Below the pieces are notes generated by a model, which searched no databases, was not told the DNA's origin, and saw only the letters and a list, made by a program, of their open reading frames with translations. A stretch of 32,000 nt of DNA from Coprobacillaceae bacterium. Lineage in GTDB: Bacteria > Bacillota_I > Bacilli_A > Erysipelotrichales > Coprobacillaceae. Position numbers and translations under genes: made by a program. This document shows, piece by piece, positions 7,479 to 15,345 of the stretch. The stretch covers positions 1,890,001-1,922,000 of the forward strand of contig OY776328.1 of assembly GCA_963675515.1 (NCBI GenBank), written 5' to 3'. Position 1 is the stretch's first letter. Each line of letters starts with the position of its first letter.

Positions 7479-7742
7479 TCATCACCTCGTATACATTTTA
7501 ACATGTGGTTGTTAAAAAATATAGTTTCAAGCCACTTTTAGTGAGAAATATTTGATAATATAAGTAGCTCATCTATCGCATTTTGGAAGATGCACACCAG
7601 GTCGATTCATCTACATGACTAAAGTCACAAGTGTTCTCGACTGGTTAATAAAAACAATAAATAATATAATTTTTGATTGTTTTTAGTGCATTGATATCAA
7701 TTATGTGATAATGTGTTAATCATTGGAGGGAATAAACAGTAA

Positions 7743-8375
7743 ATGACAGTAATAAATTATAGAATACAAACTTGGACAAGAGATGGAGATTGGACGCTGG
7801 CAAATTCGATTTTCGATAGTGAGAAAAAACATAAATTGTTTTTCGCTGACAAAATCGAAATATTCAGTGATGATGATAGACACACTCCTGTAGTAGGAAT
7901 AAACAAAGTAAACAGCTCAAGCATCGATAAGAACAAACAAACAAACGTATACATGTTGCTTCGCAAAACCTACAAGAAAAAAGAAAAGTGGAAAGAGGTA
8001 GCGGAACATATTTACAGCGGGCTCAAAAAATATTGTGGTACCGCTATGATCGAATATTATCATCATAACGACAAATATGATCTTTTCTTATACACTGACA
8101 ATAGCATCGATTCAAACTATAAAAGAAAATACACATACCTGGTCAGAAAAGTAATGTCATTATTGTCGATTTTAAAAGAGGATCCCACCATCAGGTTTCA
8201 GTGTCAATTCATGGTTTTCACGGACTTCAAGCATCCCAGTGATATGAAATTGGATACTCTTATCGATGATGCAATCCAGCTGATGTTCCCTGCCTGCCAT
8301 GAAGACACACCCGGTGTCATCATCGACTTCAAAAAGGGTGAAAAACCGCAAGATCCGATTTCAATTAAAAATTAA
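7743..8375 (+). CDS. Hypothetical protein, 210 aa, no recognizable domain
   Basis: Long ORF with GGAGGG SD (7726-7731) about 11 nt upstream. About 32% GC in a hand-counted 118-nt sample, versus ~50% in a pepF sample. Followed by a strong terminator. Confidence 0.6.
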   Translation: MTVINYRIQTWTRDGDWTLANSIFDSEKKHKLFFADKIEIFSDDDRHTPVVGINKVNSSSIDKNKQTNVYMLLRKTYKKKEKWKEVAEHIYSGLKKYCGTAMIEYYHHNDKYDLFLYTDNSIDSNYKRKYTYLVRKVMSLLSILKEDPTIRFQCQFMVFTDFKHPSDMKLDTLIDDAIQLMFPACHEDTPGVIIDFKKGEKPQDPISIKN

Positions 8376-8390
8376 AATTTTCATATTAAA

Positions 8391-8429
8391 AAGACACCGA
8401 AACGTCGAAGAGGCGTAAAACGGTGTCTT
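8391..8429. terminator. Bidirectional terminator between convergent ORFs
   Basis: AAGACACCG (8391-8399) pairs perfectly with CGGTGTCTT (8421-8429), with A/T runs on both flanks. Confidence 0.7.
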
Positions 8430-8443
8430 CTTTACAATTAATA

Positions 8444-10207
8444 TTAGATTTCTTCCAATTCCGGCAATTCCTTTAGATCCTTTTCTCCGGTAATCAGTTT
8501 CAACAATGCGATCGCAACAGCCTTAGGTCCCGAATGCTCATTGCCTTTGATACCCAGACGAGTACGCAATTGGCCTACTTGGATACCTTGTTCGAACAAC
8601 TGCTCAAAGTATTGGTTGAGCAGGACCTCACACTGGTCTTCAAGCTGGACAGGACCAAACGGATTGGCAAAATAAGATTTGACGATCCCCATTTCGGTCG
8701 TCGTACCTTTGGCCATCCTTGCTCCATCCCGGAATGTATCGAGCGCTTCATCCTTGTTTGAGAAGAATTCAATTTCCGGACCGTCAGGTTCATAGTTGTT
8801 GGCATAGAAGAAATAATCGACATGATGTTTGGCGATTACGTCTTCATAATCGGCTATCGGAATTATGATCCGAGCATTGATCTGGTCAGGATTCATGAAT
8901 ACCGACCGGTCAAGTTCTTTGAATGAATAACCGGCATCCAGATCATCCAGTCGCACAAAAGCACCGATTTCAGTTCCGGAAGAGACTATTTTCCCATTAT
9001 CATCGAAGCTCAACAGTCCCATATCGTCATAAACTGTGACTATCTCACGGATGTAAGATTCTCCAAAAACCTTGATCTGTTCAATTGTTTCTGACTTTCC
9101 AGCACCGCTGTCGCCCATAACCACGATATTTTTCTGTTCACCATTGTGCATGGTCACGTTCACCATCGCCCCGTGAATTGGCAACTGTTTTTGGTTGATT
9201 TTGCGGACGTTATGTAAAGTCAATACCATCTTTTTCATATAGCCAAAATAATCAAACTCGTCCGATGCCGAAAGCGCCGCAACGATCATATCATTGTCAA
9301 CATCCTGATAGAATGACTGGTTGGTTTGACCGTCTTCATAGCCGTAGACATAAATGCAATCCGGTTTCCGGTTGCGGTAGACATCTTCGCCTGCCAGTTC
9401 AAACAGGTTGCAAAGCGCAATTCCTTGAGCCATGAACGATACATTGAAATAGATGAATGTCAGCAAGTCTCCAACCATGGCCGGATAACAGAACCAGTTG
9501 TCCGGGTCGAATTTCATGTTTTCAATCGGATTGACCCGGTTTTCAGGAAAGACACCGCTTCTTTTGTTGCGTTTTGAATAAGCTATGAATGGCGGATGAA
9601 TAACCACGGTCTCGATAAATGGAATGACATCAAGATTGCGATATTCATAAGGTAAGAAAGAACGGGTGTTAGTTACCCGCAGTCCAGCGTTCACACCGGC
9701 AGTAATCTGCCGATAAACTCGCAAAGTCCTTTTGGTGACTTTTTCAGAAATTGTCCTGTAAAGCGACAGTACCAACTGCGAAAAGTTTTCCTGAGCCGCT
9801 CCGAACTGGACATTTTGATATCCCTTTGAAGTGGAATCATTGAAGACAACTGAATAGCGTTGCAAACGACGCCAGAACAGATACAACTCTTCGATTGTCT
9901 TGTTGAATTCGCGAGTATCACGGAAATAGTCCGCGAAATGCGGATGAGTATCCACAACTTCCTCAGTCGACATGACAAGAAGCAGCTTGATTGTTATCTG
10001 CAAATCCCTAGCCAAGTCGTTCGTATCTTCACTTACAACTTTAAGATATGTATAAATCGTATTTTCCTTGCGCTTGCAGTCTTTAACAAAACCCTTTATC
10101 ACACGGAAGAACGATTCACTTTCAACAATCTCACTACGAGAACGACAGTACTCTTCCGAGAAATTCAATATCGCGTTCCCTCTTGTAATCTTAAATTTAT
10201 AACCCAT
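8444..10207 (-). CDS. Uncharacterized P-loop protein, PEPCK-like C-terminal domain with HprK-type Walker A
   Basis: 587 aa. Motifs run in the order of ATP-PEPCK: YFGYMKK, LPIHGAMVN, VVMGDSGAGKSE, VYDDMG, ARIIIPI, YFANPFGPV. In PEPCK these are YAGEMKK, MHCSAN, GLSGTGKTT, GDDEHG, RxxYPI, FGxxFLxL. The P-loop string matches HprK/P GDSGVGKSE. The N-terminal ~330 aa are unrecognized. Confidence 0.75.
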   Translation of the reverse strand: MGYKFKITRGNAILNFSEEYCRSRSEIVESESFFRVIKGFVKDCKRKENTIYTYLKVVSEDTNDLARDLQITIKLLLVMSTEEVVDTHPHFADYFRDTREFNKTIEELYLFWRRLQRYSVVFNDSTSKGYQNVQFGAAQENFSQLVLSLYRTISEKVTKRTLRVYRQITAGVNAGLRVTNTRSFLPYEYRNLDVIPFIETVVIHPPFIAYSKRNKRSGVFPENRVNPIENMKFDPDNWFCYPAMVGDLLTFIYFNVSFMAQGIALCNLFELAGEDVYRNRKPDCIYVYGYEDGQTNQSFYQDVDNDMIVAALSASDEFDYFGYMKKMVLTLHNVRKINQKQLPIHGAMVNVTMHNGEQKNIVVMGDSGAGKSETIEQIKVFGESYIREIVTVYDDMGLLSFDDNGKIVSSGTEIGAFVRLDDLDAGYSFKELDRSVFMNPDQINARIIIPIADYEDVIAKHHVDYFFYANNYEPDGPEIEFFSNKDEALDTFRDGARMAKGTTTEMGIVKSYFANPFGPVQLEDQCEVLLNQYFEQLFEQGIQVGQLRTRLGIKGNEHSGPKAVAIALLKLITGEKDLKELPELEEI

Positions 10208-10237
10208 TTTTTACACCCTTTCCTATAAAATTTGTTT

Positions 10238-10265
10238 AATTGTATCACACTGGGTAATTATTTCA
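10238..10265 (-). promoter_or_regulatory. Putative promoter of the 587-aa ORF
   Basis: The minus strand reads TTGAAA (rc of 10260-10265), a 16-nt spacer, then TGaTACAAT (rc of 10238-10246), about 30 nt upstream of the ATG. Confidence 0.4.
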
Positions 10266-10324
10266 AGTCAAATCAAATATTCAATCATATTATTTCTACA
10301 ATCCGAAACCAGCACCGTTTTTTT

Positions 10325-10831
10325 TTAAAAAATCGTAAAAACAACCTTGCCAATCACCTGTGTCTGAAAATCGATATAGCCGATTATTCTTGAGTCAAGA
10401 GAGTTGTTGCGGTTGTCCCCCATCACAAATATCTTTCCTTCCGGGACATATATGTCCAGATCCTCGGTATCCATTTCTTCGTAGATATAGTTTTCATCCA
10501 TCATCTGGTCATTGACATACAGGACATTGTCCTTTATCACAATGTGATCGCCGCCAATACCAACGATACGCTTGATAATATAGCGATCGCTTATTGTTGC
10601 TGAATCATACTGCGCTATTACAATCTGCCCCCTTTGGGGATTGTTTTCATGATGATAAAAATACTTGTTTACCAGGATTATATCGCCGTCATGATAGGTT
10701 GGAACCATAGATGTTCCGTTAACCCGAGATATCTGGACAAATTGAAGAACGATGAATGCGCACACAACCGTGATGATGATGACTCGCAGATATTCAATTA
10801 TGACCGAACTTATTCCTTGTCTTCTCTCCAT
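10325..10831 (-). CDS. lepB: Signal peptidase I
   Basis: N-terminal TM segment. Motifs GTSMVPTY (Ser), KRIVGIGGD (Lys) and GDNRNNSLDSR. Confidence 0.92.
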   Translation of the reverse strand: MERRQGISSVIIEYLRVIIITVVCAFIVLQFVQISRVNGTSMVPTYHDGDIILVNKYFYHHENNPQRGQIVIAQYDSATISDRYIIKRIVGIGGDHIVIKDNVLYVNDQMMDENYIYEEMDTEDLDIYVPEGKIFVMGDNRNNSLDSRIIGYIDFQTQVIGKVVFTIF

Positions 10832-10833
10832 GT

Positions 10834-12126
10834 TCAGACCCCCTTGGCGATTTTGACTTCACCGCCTTCAACTTCAAGATCATGTCGATAGAATGCGACC
10901 AGTCCCAATACAAGGTATTTGAGATCCTTGGATCCTGCAGACTCCAAAGCCGAGTGCATCGCCCATTGTGCCAGCCCGATATCGACGGTATTCAATGACA
11001 ATTGGGTATTTGAAAGGTTTCCCAATGTCGATCCGCCCGGCTGATTGGAATGATTATAATAGTCCTGGAATGGAACGTCGACAATTTTAAGCAGTGACTT
11101 GAAAATCGCACTCGAAAAACTGTCGGTGGTGTATTTCTGATTTGAATTGTGCTTGATTACCACCCCAAAATTCAATTTTGGGGCATTTTGATCATACAAA
11201 GAGGAATAATTAGGATGAAAACCGTGGGCGTTGTCGCAAGATACCATCATTCCCTTGGCAATCATCCGATAATACTGTTCGTTGGTCAGTCCGAATTTCT
11301 CTTTGATACGGTTCAGGGTATCAATCAGGAAAGTCGAATTTGCTCCCTGCTTGGTCGATGATCCGACTTCTTCGTTGTCGAAGGTGATTGCCACATTGAG
11401 CGAGCTGCTGCTTTGAACTTTGGTGAACGCCTCAAATATCCCGAAAACCGACTCCAAATTGTCGATTCTAGGGCCATAGAGAAAGTCCTTTTCCATACCC
11501 CAGTAACCCGCCTTTTGGCGGTTATACAGGTATAGGTCGTAACCCAGGATTTCATCGTTAATCCCGCACTGCTTTTTCAATATGTCGTTCAAATTCAACC
11601 GCTTTAGCGATTGGCCGATAACCGGGAACATATCGTCCTGGGTCTTGTATTTGTATCCGTCATTGACTTCCTTATTGAGATGAATCGCGCAATTGGGAAT
11701 CATCAGCAAATCCGAGTCGATATTCACAAGTTGCGACGATATGTTGCCGCCTTTGCCAACCATCACCCGTCCAGCCAACGAAAGCGGCCGGTCGAAAAAT
11801 GATGACATTATCATACCGCCGTATTTTTCAACATTCAAACGGTTGATCGTCTTGTCGTGGATAATGCCATTTTCCTTGATCACAAATGTCGGAGAATCAC
11901 TGTGAGCAGCAGTGATTTTCAAACACTCAAACCGTTCTGGCGTCGTAAAAGCAATCAGAGACGTACCATTCCTTGTGACGAAATATTTGCTTGATAGCTT
12001 TAAATCCCAGACTTGGGACTCATGCAATTCTACAAATCCATTATCTTCCAGCTTTCTTTTCACCTGATTTACAGCGTGAAATGGCGAAGGGCTGGCATCT
12101 ATAAATCTAAATAAGTCCGTATTCAT
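10834..12126 (-). CDS. M18-family aminopeptidase
   Basis: Motifs FIDASPSPFHAV, AHSDSP, RIDNLES, FDNEEVGS, SCDNAHGFHPN. Start set at ATG 12126 (MNTDLF...) with GGGGGA SD. The track extension to 12204 would overlap the upstream gene. Confidence 0.9.
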   Translation of the reverse strand: MNTDLFRFIDASPSPFHAVNQVKRKLEDNGFVELHESQVWDLKLSSKYFVTRNGTSLIAFTTPERFECLKITAAHSDSPTFVIKENGIIHDKTINRLNVEKYGGMIMSSFFDRPLSLAGRVMVGKGGNISSQLVNIDSDLLMIPNCAIHLNKEVNDGYKYKTQDDMFPVIGQSLKRLNLNDILKKQCGINDEILGYDLYLYNRQKAGYWGMEKDFLYGPRIDNLESVFGIFEAFTKVQSSSSLNVAITFDNEEVGSSTKQGANSTFLIDTLNRIKEKFGLTNEQYYRMIAKGMMVSCDNAHGFHPNYSSLYDQNAPKLNFGVVIKHNSNQKYTTDSFSSAIFKSLLKIVDVPFQDYYNHSNQPGGSTLGNLSNTQLSLNTVDIGLAQWAMHSALESAGSKDLKYLVLGLVAFYRHDLEVEGGEVKIAKGV

Positions 12127-12143
12127 AATTCCCCCACATAATT

Positions 12144-12365
12144 CTAATCGTTTTTCAACACTTCTTTGACAAACATCCCAAAATCCAGGCTCAGATATAC
12201 ACATATGGCATGAAGTTTGCCGATATCGATATTATCCGCCTTGAAATTTTCAATGTTAGAGATGAATGTCTTGGTTACCTTTGCACCGATGGCCACATTC
12301 TCCTGAGTCTCATTCAAATAAACACGCCGTGTTTTTATTCTTGTTCCAATTTTTCTATAGTCCAT
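12144..12365 (-). CDS. Small XRE-family HTH transcriptional regulator (73 aa)
   Basis: IGTRIKTRRVYLNETQENVAIGAKVTKTFISNIEN matches the HTH_3 pattern. ATG 12365 has AGAGG SD. The longer track ORF would overlap the fmt 3' end. Confidence 0.65.
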   Translation of the reverse strand: MDYRKIGTRIKTRRVYLNETQENVAIGAKVTKTFISNIENFKADNIDIGKLHAICVYLSLDFGMFVKEVLKND

Positions 12366-12453
12366 CTTTACCTCTTTAATCTCCAAGCACTCCCCAACAT
12401 GCAAACCACGGTCGGAAAATGCCACTTGATTTTTTCTGTTATTTTTTTCAAAA

Positions 12454-13395
12454 TTACAATTTTGTTTCGAAGCGTTCTCCAATATTGAAGATGCTTTTGC
12501 CGTTTAGATAATCCTTCACCGGCATCCTTTTTTTACCTGGAATCTGGATGTCTTCAATGAAAAATATTCCATCTAGACAGGCGACTCCGATTCCCTCATT
12601 GCCTATGGAAACTATCTCGCCTGGCATTGATTCGACAAGTCTTGTCTCACAATGACCGTTCCAGATTTTTATGTTCAGATCATTGAACCTGGAAAACCCG
12701 CCAGGCCAAGGATTAAGTCCGCGGACAAGATTGTATACATCGTTGCATGGCTGGTTGAAAGAAATGTACTCCTTGTCCCTGGTGATCACCGGTGCATACG
12801 TCACCAGGGATTCATCCTGGACAATTGAATCATTGGTCCTTGAAATGATCGAAGGCAGTGTGTCGATAAGCAGCTGTGCCCCGACCACGCTTAACCGTTC
12901 GTAAAGTTCGCCTGTTGTCTCGTCCGGTTGGATATCGACAACTCGCTGGGAGATGATATTTCCAGCATCCATCTTTTTAACCATGTACATGATGGTGACA
13001 CCTGTTTTGTCATTGCCATCGATTATCGCCTGGTGGACCGGGGCCCCGCCCCGATACTGTGGCAAAAGCGAGGCATGGACATTTATAGCCTTAAGCGGCG
13101 CCATGTCCAATATGACCTCGGGAATTATTTGGCCATAAGCCGCAGTAATCACAATGTCAGGATCAAGCTGCAAAATATCCGAGTAATCCTTTTTGATGTT
13201 TTCCGGCTGGAAAACTGGAATATGGTGTTCGATTGCAACTTCCTTGACTTCAGGAAATGTCATAACCTTTTTTCTTCCTACAACGCGGTCTGGCTGTGTG
13301 ACAACTCCGATAATTTCATATTCATTTTCAATCAATTTCTCCAAAACAGCTTTGGAAAAAGATGCAGTTCCCATAAATAAAACTTTTACTTTCAC
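12454..13395 (-). CDS. fmt: Methionyl-tRNA formyltransferase
   Basis: Motifs FMGTASFS, VVTQPDR, HASLLPQYRGGAPVH. GTG start at 13395 with AGAGGAG SD 7 nt upstream. The track start 13422 lacks an SD. Confidence 0.93.
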   Translation of the reverse strand: MKVKVLFMGTASFSKAVLEKLIENEYEIIGVVTQPDRVVGRKKVMTFPEVKEVAIEHHIPVFQPENIKKDYSDILQLDPDIVITAAYGQIIPEVILDMAPLKAINVHASLLPQYRGGAPVHQAIIDGNDKTGVTIMYMVKKMDAGNIISQRVVDIQPDETTGELYERLSVVGAQLLIDTLPSIISRTNDSIVQDESLVTYAPVITRDKEYISFNQPCNDVYNLVRGLNPWPGGFSRFNDLNIKIWNGHCETRLVESMPGEIVSIGNEGIGVACLDGIFFIEDIQIPGKKRMPVKDYLNGKSIFNIGERFETKL

Positions 13396-13480
13396 TAATA
13401 GACTCCTCTCTTGCACAAACATTATAGCACATTATTGAATACATGACATGTGTTTACCAGCCCAATTGATATTCTAACAA

Positions 13481-13505
13481 GAAAAGGTACCATAAGTACC
13501 TTTCT
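13481..13505 (-). terminator. Terminator of the pspA module
   Basis: AAAGGTAC (13483-13490) pairs with GTACCTTT (13496-13503), just after the TPM gene stop. T-rich on the minus strand. Confidence 0.55.
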
Positions 13506-13506
13506 C

Positions 13507-14367
13507 TTAACGCCGATGGCCGCCACCACCAAAACTATGTCCGCCGCCTGATGAATGGCTTCCGCCACCACCACCGGATCGACTCTTTTGCACTGGTGAA
13601 TAAACCCGGCTTATTGTTGTATGGGTGTAGTCATCTTTCGACTCTTTGACTATCGTCTGTTCCTGGCTCGAATAAGTGTATGGAGTTACTGTGCTTATTC
13701 CTTTGTTTCTTTTCAAGTGCAATACCGTAGCGATAATCGCACCTAACAAAGCCACGGCCAGAGCGATGAGATAATAACTTGGCATCACCACAAAATTGCC
13801 ACTCATATCCTGATAGTACAGGTTTATAAATTTTGTATAGGCCCCATAAGGATCATCATCGACATTTGCCAGGGCTTCGTTTAGAAGACTGTCAATCTGT
13901 GATGAAGAATATTTGGACATTGCATTGCCGCTGGTCAACATCCACGAATAGATGTATCCGTCATCTTCCCTGAACCAGTTGTCAACAAGCATCACCCCGT
14001 TGCCGTAAGGCTCGTTGTACCCGAAAATATACTGCTCATAAAAATTGTCAGCATAAATCATCGTGTAGTCATTGCCATAGGCGTACGGATCATAACTTTT
14101 GGCATAATCCTCCAAAGACTCATCGAGTGTCACGATAACAATATCGCTGTTGGTCTGCTTTTCCCTGGTGGCAATCAACTCTTCAAGCGAAGCCTCCTGA
14201 TCTACGCTCAAAACCTCGCCGTAGTCAAAAACACGCTGGGTTGTCGTAGTCTCGCTGTTTGTTCGCTCAAATGTGTCCTGCGGGAAAAATCCCACAACGA
14301 TGTTCGCCAATGCCAGAATCACAACAAGAATCAGTCCCGGCACAAACCTCTTTACAATCGTCATCAT
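13507..14367 (-). CDS. TPM-domain membrane protein with Gly-rich C-terminal tail (YdjH-like)
   Basis: N-terminal TM. TPM-like VFDYGEVLSVDQEASLEELIATREKQTNSDIVIVTL. Second TM, then SGGGGGSHSSGGGHSFGGGGHRR. The start overlaps the upstream stop (ATGATGA). Confidence 0.85.
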   Translation of the reverse strand: MMTIVKRFVPGLILVVILALANIVVGFFPQDTFERTNSETTTTQRVFDYGEVLSVDQEASLEELIATREKQTNSDIVIVTLDESLEDYAKSYDPYAYGNDYTMIYADNFYEQYIFGYNEPYGNGVMLVDNWFREDDGYIYSWMLTSGNAMSKYSSSQIDSLLNEALANVDDDPYGAYTKFINLYYQDMSGNFVVMPSYYLIALAVALLGAIIATVLHLKRNKGISTVTPYTYSSQEQTIVKESKDDYTHTTISRVYSPVQKSRSGGGGGSHSSGGGHSFGGGGHRR

Positions 14368-15344
14368 ATCGCCCCCATCAAATTAAGACCCAAAGAGATG
14401 ATCAATGCCGTAACAATCGAAAACAGGGAAAAGTAGATAACCGCCTTCTTCTTGTCGATCGGGATCTCCCCGATTATTTTGCCGTTCTGGCCATTGATGA
14501 ATATATCGTATTCTTTCTCAAGAAAGCTGTATTTGTATATCCACATCGGCATCAACGCATAGTAGCTGTCCAAGTTGTCGCAATCGACTTGTTCCTTGCT
14601 TTTGACAATCCGCGAATATCCTGAAACCGAGCGATTCAAAATCGTTCCCGCAAAATCTTTGGCTTTTATCTGGGCCTGATTTTCAAGTTCATCTTTTTTA
14701 TAATCGGCCTGGTCCGAGAAAAAACCGGACAGGTATTGTGAATCGAAGCTTAGGAGATGTTGATAGTCATAAGGTTCGACCAGACTCATTTTCGCATCAT
14801 CAAGCTCTTTCGAACCATCGACAGGAACCTTGGAAAATGGAATGTCGAGATCCCGCGAAATGCGGTAATGACGATGTTCAGTGACGATATAGTCACCCTG
14901 GCGCCAGGAACGGTCCTTGATTCCAACCGCCTCCAAGGTGCAATGGGTCATATAATCATAAAGATAGAAAGGTACATAGACACCTTCTATTTTTTCCAAT
15001 GATTTGTAGTTCAAAAAGTTTTCCGGAACAAAAATCCTTTTTCCAAAATTGTCATTGATCAGATCCCGGACCTTGTTCTTGGAAATCTTGAAAGGCAATA
15101 CCAGATTAGGAAGAAAATCATTTTGCAGATGGTTGTCAAATATCAAATATGTGCCGCAGTAATTGCATTTGCCCGAAGTTGTCTGCCCGGTGATTTCCAA
15201 TGGTGCCCCGCAATTGGGACAGTTGTCTAAATTGCCGGGCAGAATATCTTGCGAATTCTGTGAGGCACATTGAACGCAGACCATTTTCTGGCTGTCGGGA
15301 TCAAACAGGACGTTGCCGCCACAGTTTTTACATTTGTATTGCAT
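14364..15344 (-). CDS. Multi-zinc-ribbon protein with C-terminal TM anchor (YdjG-like)
   Basis: CKNCGG..CVQC and CPNCGAPL..CNYCG motifs, with a C-terminal hydrophobic segment. ATG 15344 lies 2 nt after the SPFH stop. The track start 15374 is a GTG inside the upstream gene. Confidence 0.8.
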   Translation of the reverse strand: MQYKCKNCGGNVLFDPDSQKMVCVQCASQNSQDILPGNLDNCPNCGAPLEITGQTTSGKCNYCGTYLIFDNHLQNDFLPNLVLPFKISKNKVRDLINDNFGKRIFVPENFLNYKSLEKIEGVYVPFYLYDYMTHCTLEAVGIKDRSWRQGDYIVTEHRHYRISRDLDIPFSKVPVDGSKELDDAKMSLVEPYDYQHLLSFDSQYLSGFFSDQADYKKDELENQAQIKAKDFAGTILNRSVSGYSRIVKSKEQVDCDNLDSYYALMPMWIYKYSFLEKEYDIFINGQNGKIIGEIPIDKKKAVIYFSLFSIVTALIISLGLNLMGAI

Positions 15345-15345
15345 G

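Larger units (their letters stand above)
5785..7660 (-). mobile_element. IS200/IS605-family element (tnpA plus tnpB); ends approximate
   Basis: The subterminal hairpin motif CATGACTAAAGTCAC occurs in the same orientation at 5803-5817 (RE side, within CCCATGACTAAAGTCACGGG) and at 7614-7628 (LE side). It brackets tnpA-tnpB. No inverted repeats, as expected for this family. Confidence 0.8.

Noticed and set aside
12127-12204. N-terminal extensions offered by the ORF track (M18 aminopeptidase to 12204, XRE to 12482, ispH from 22706, MazF-like to 3043, fmt to 13422)
   Set aside because: The extended starts lack SD sequences, are often TTG/GTG, and create overlaps with neighbours. Internal starts have good SDs and match family N-termini.
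12928-13380. 150-aa plus-strand ORF inside fmt, and similar long antisense ORFs (15508-16068 in the SPFH gene, 23878-24489 in nif3, 24674-25153 in trmK, 25418-26249 in sigA, 28100-28525 in glyQS)
   Set aside because: All are shadow ORFs opposite genes with unmistakable family signatures. None has an SD or a recognizable motif.
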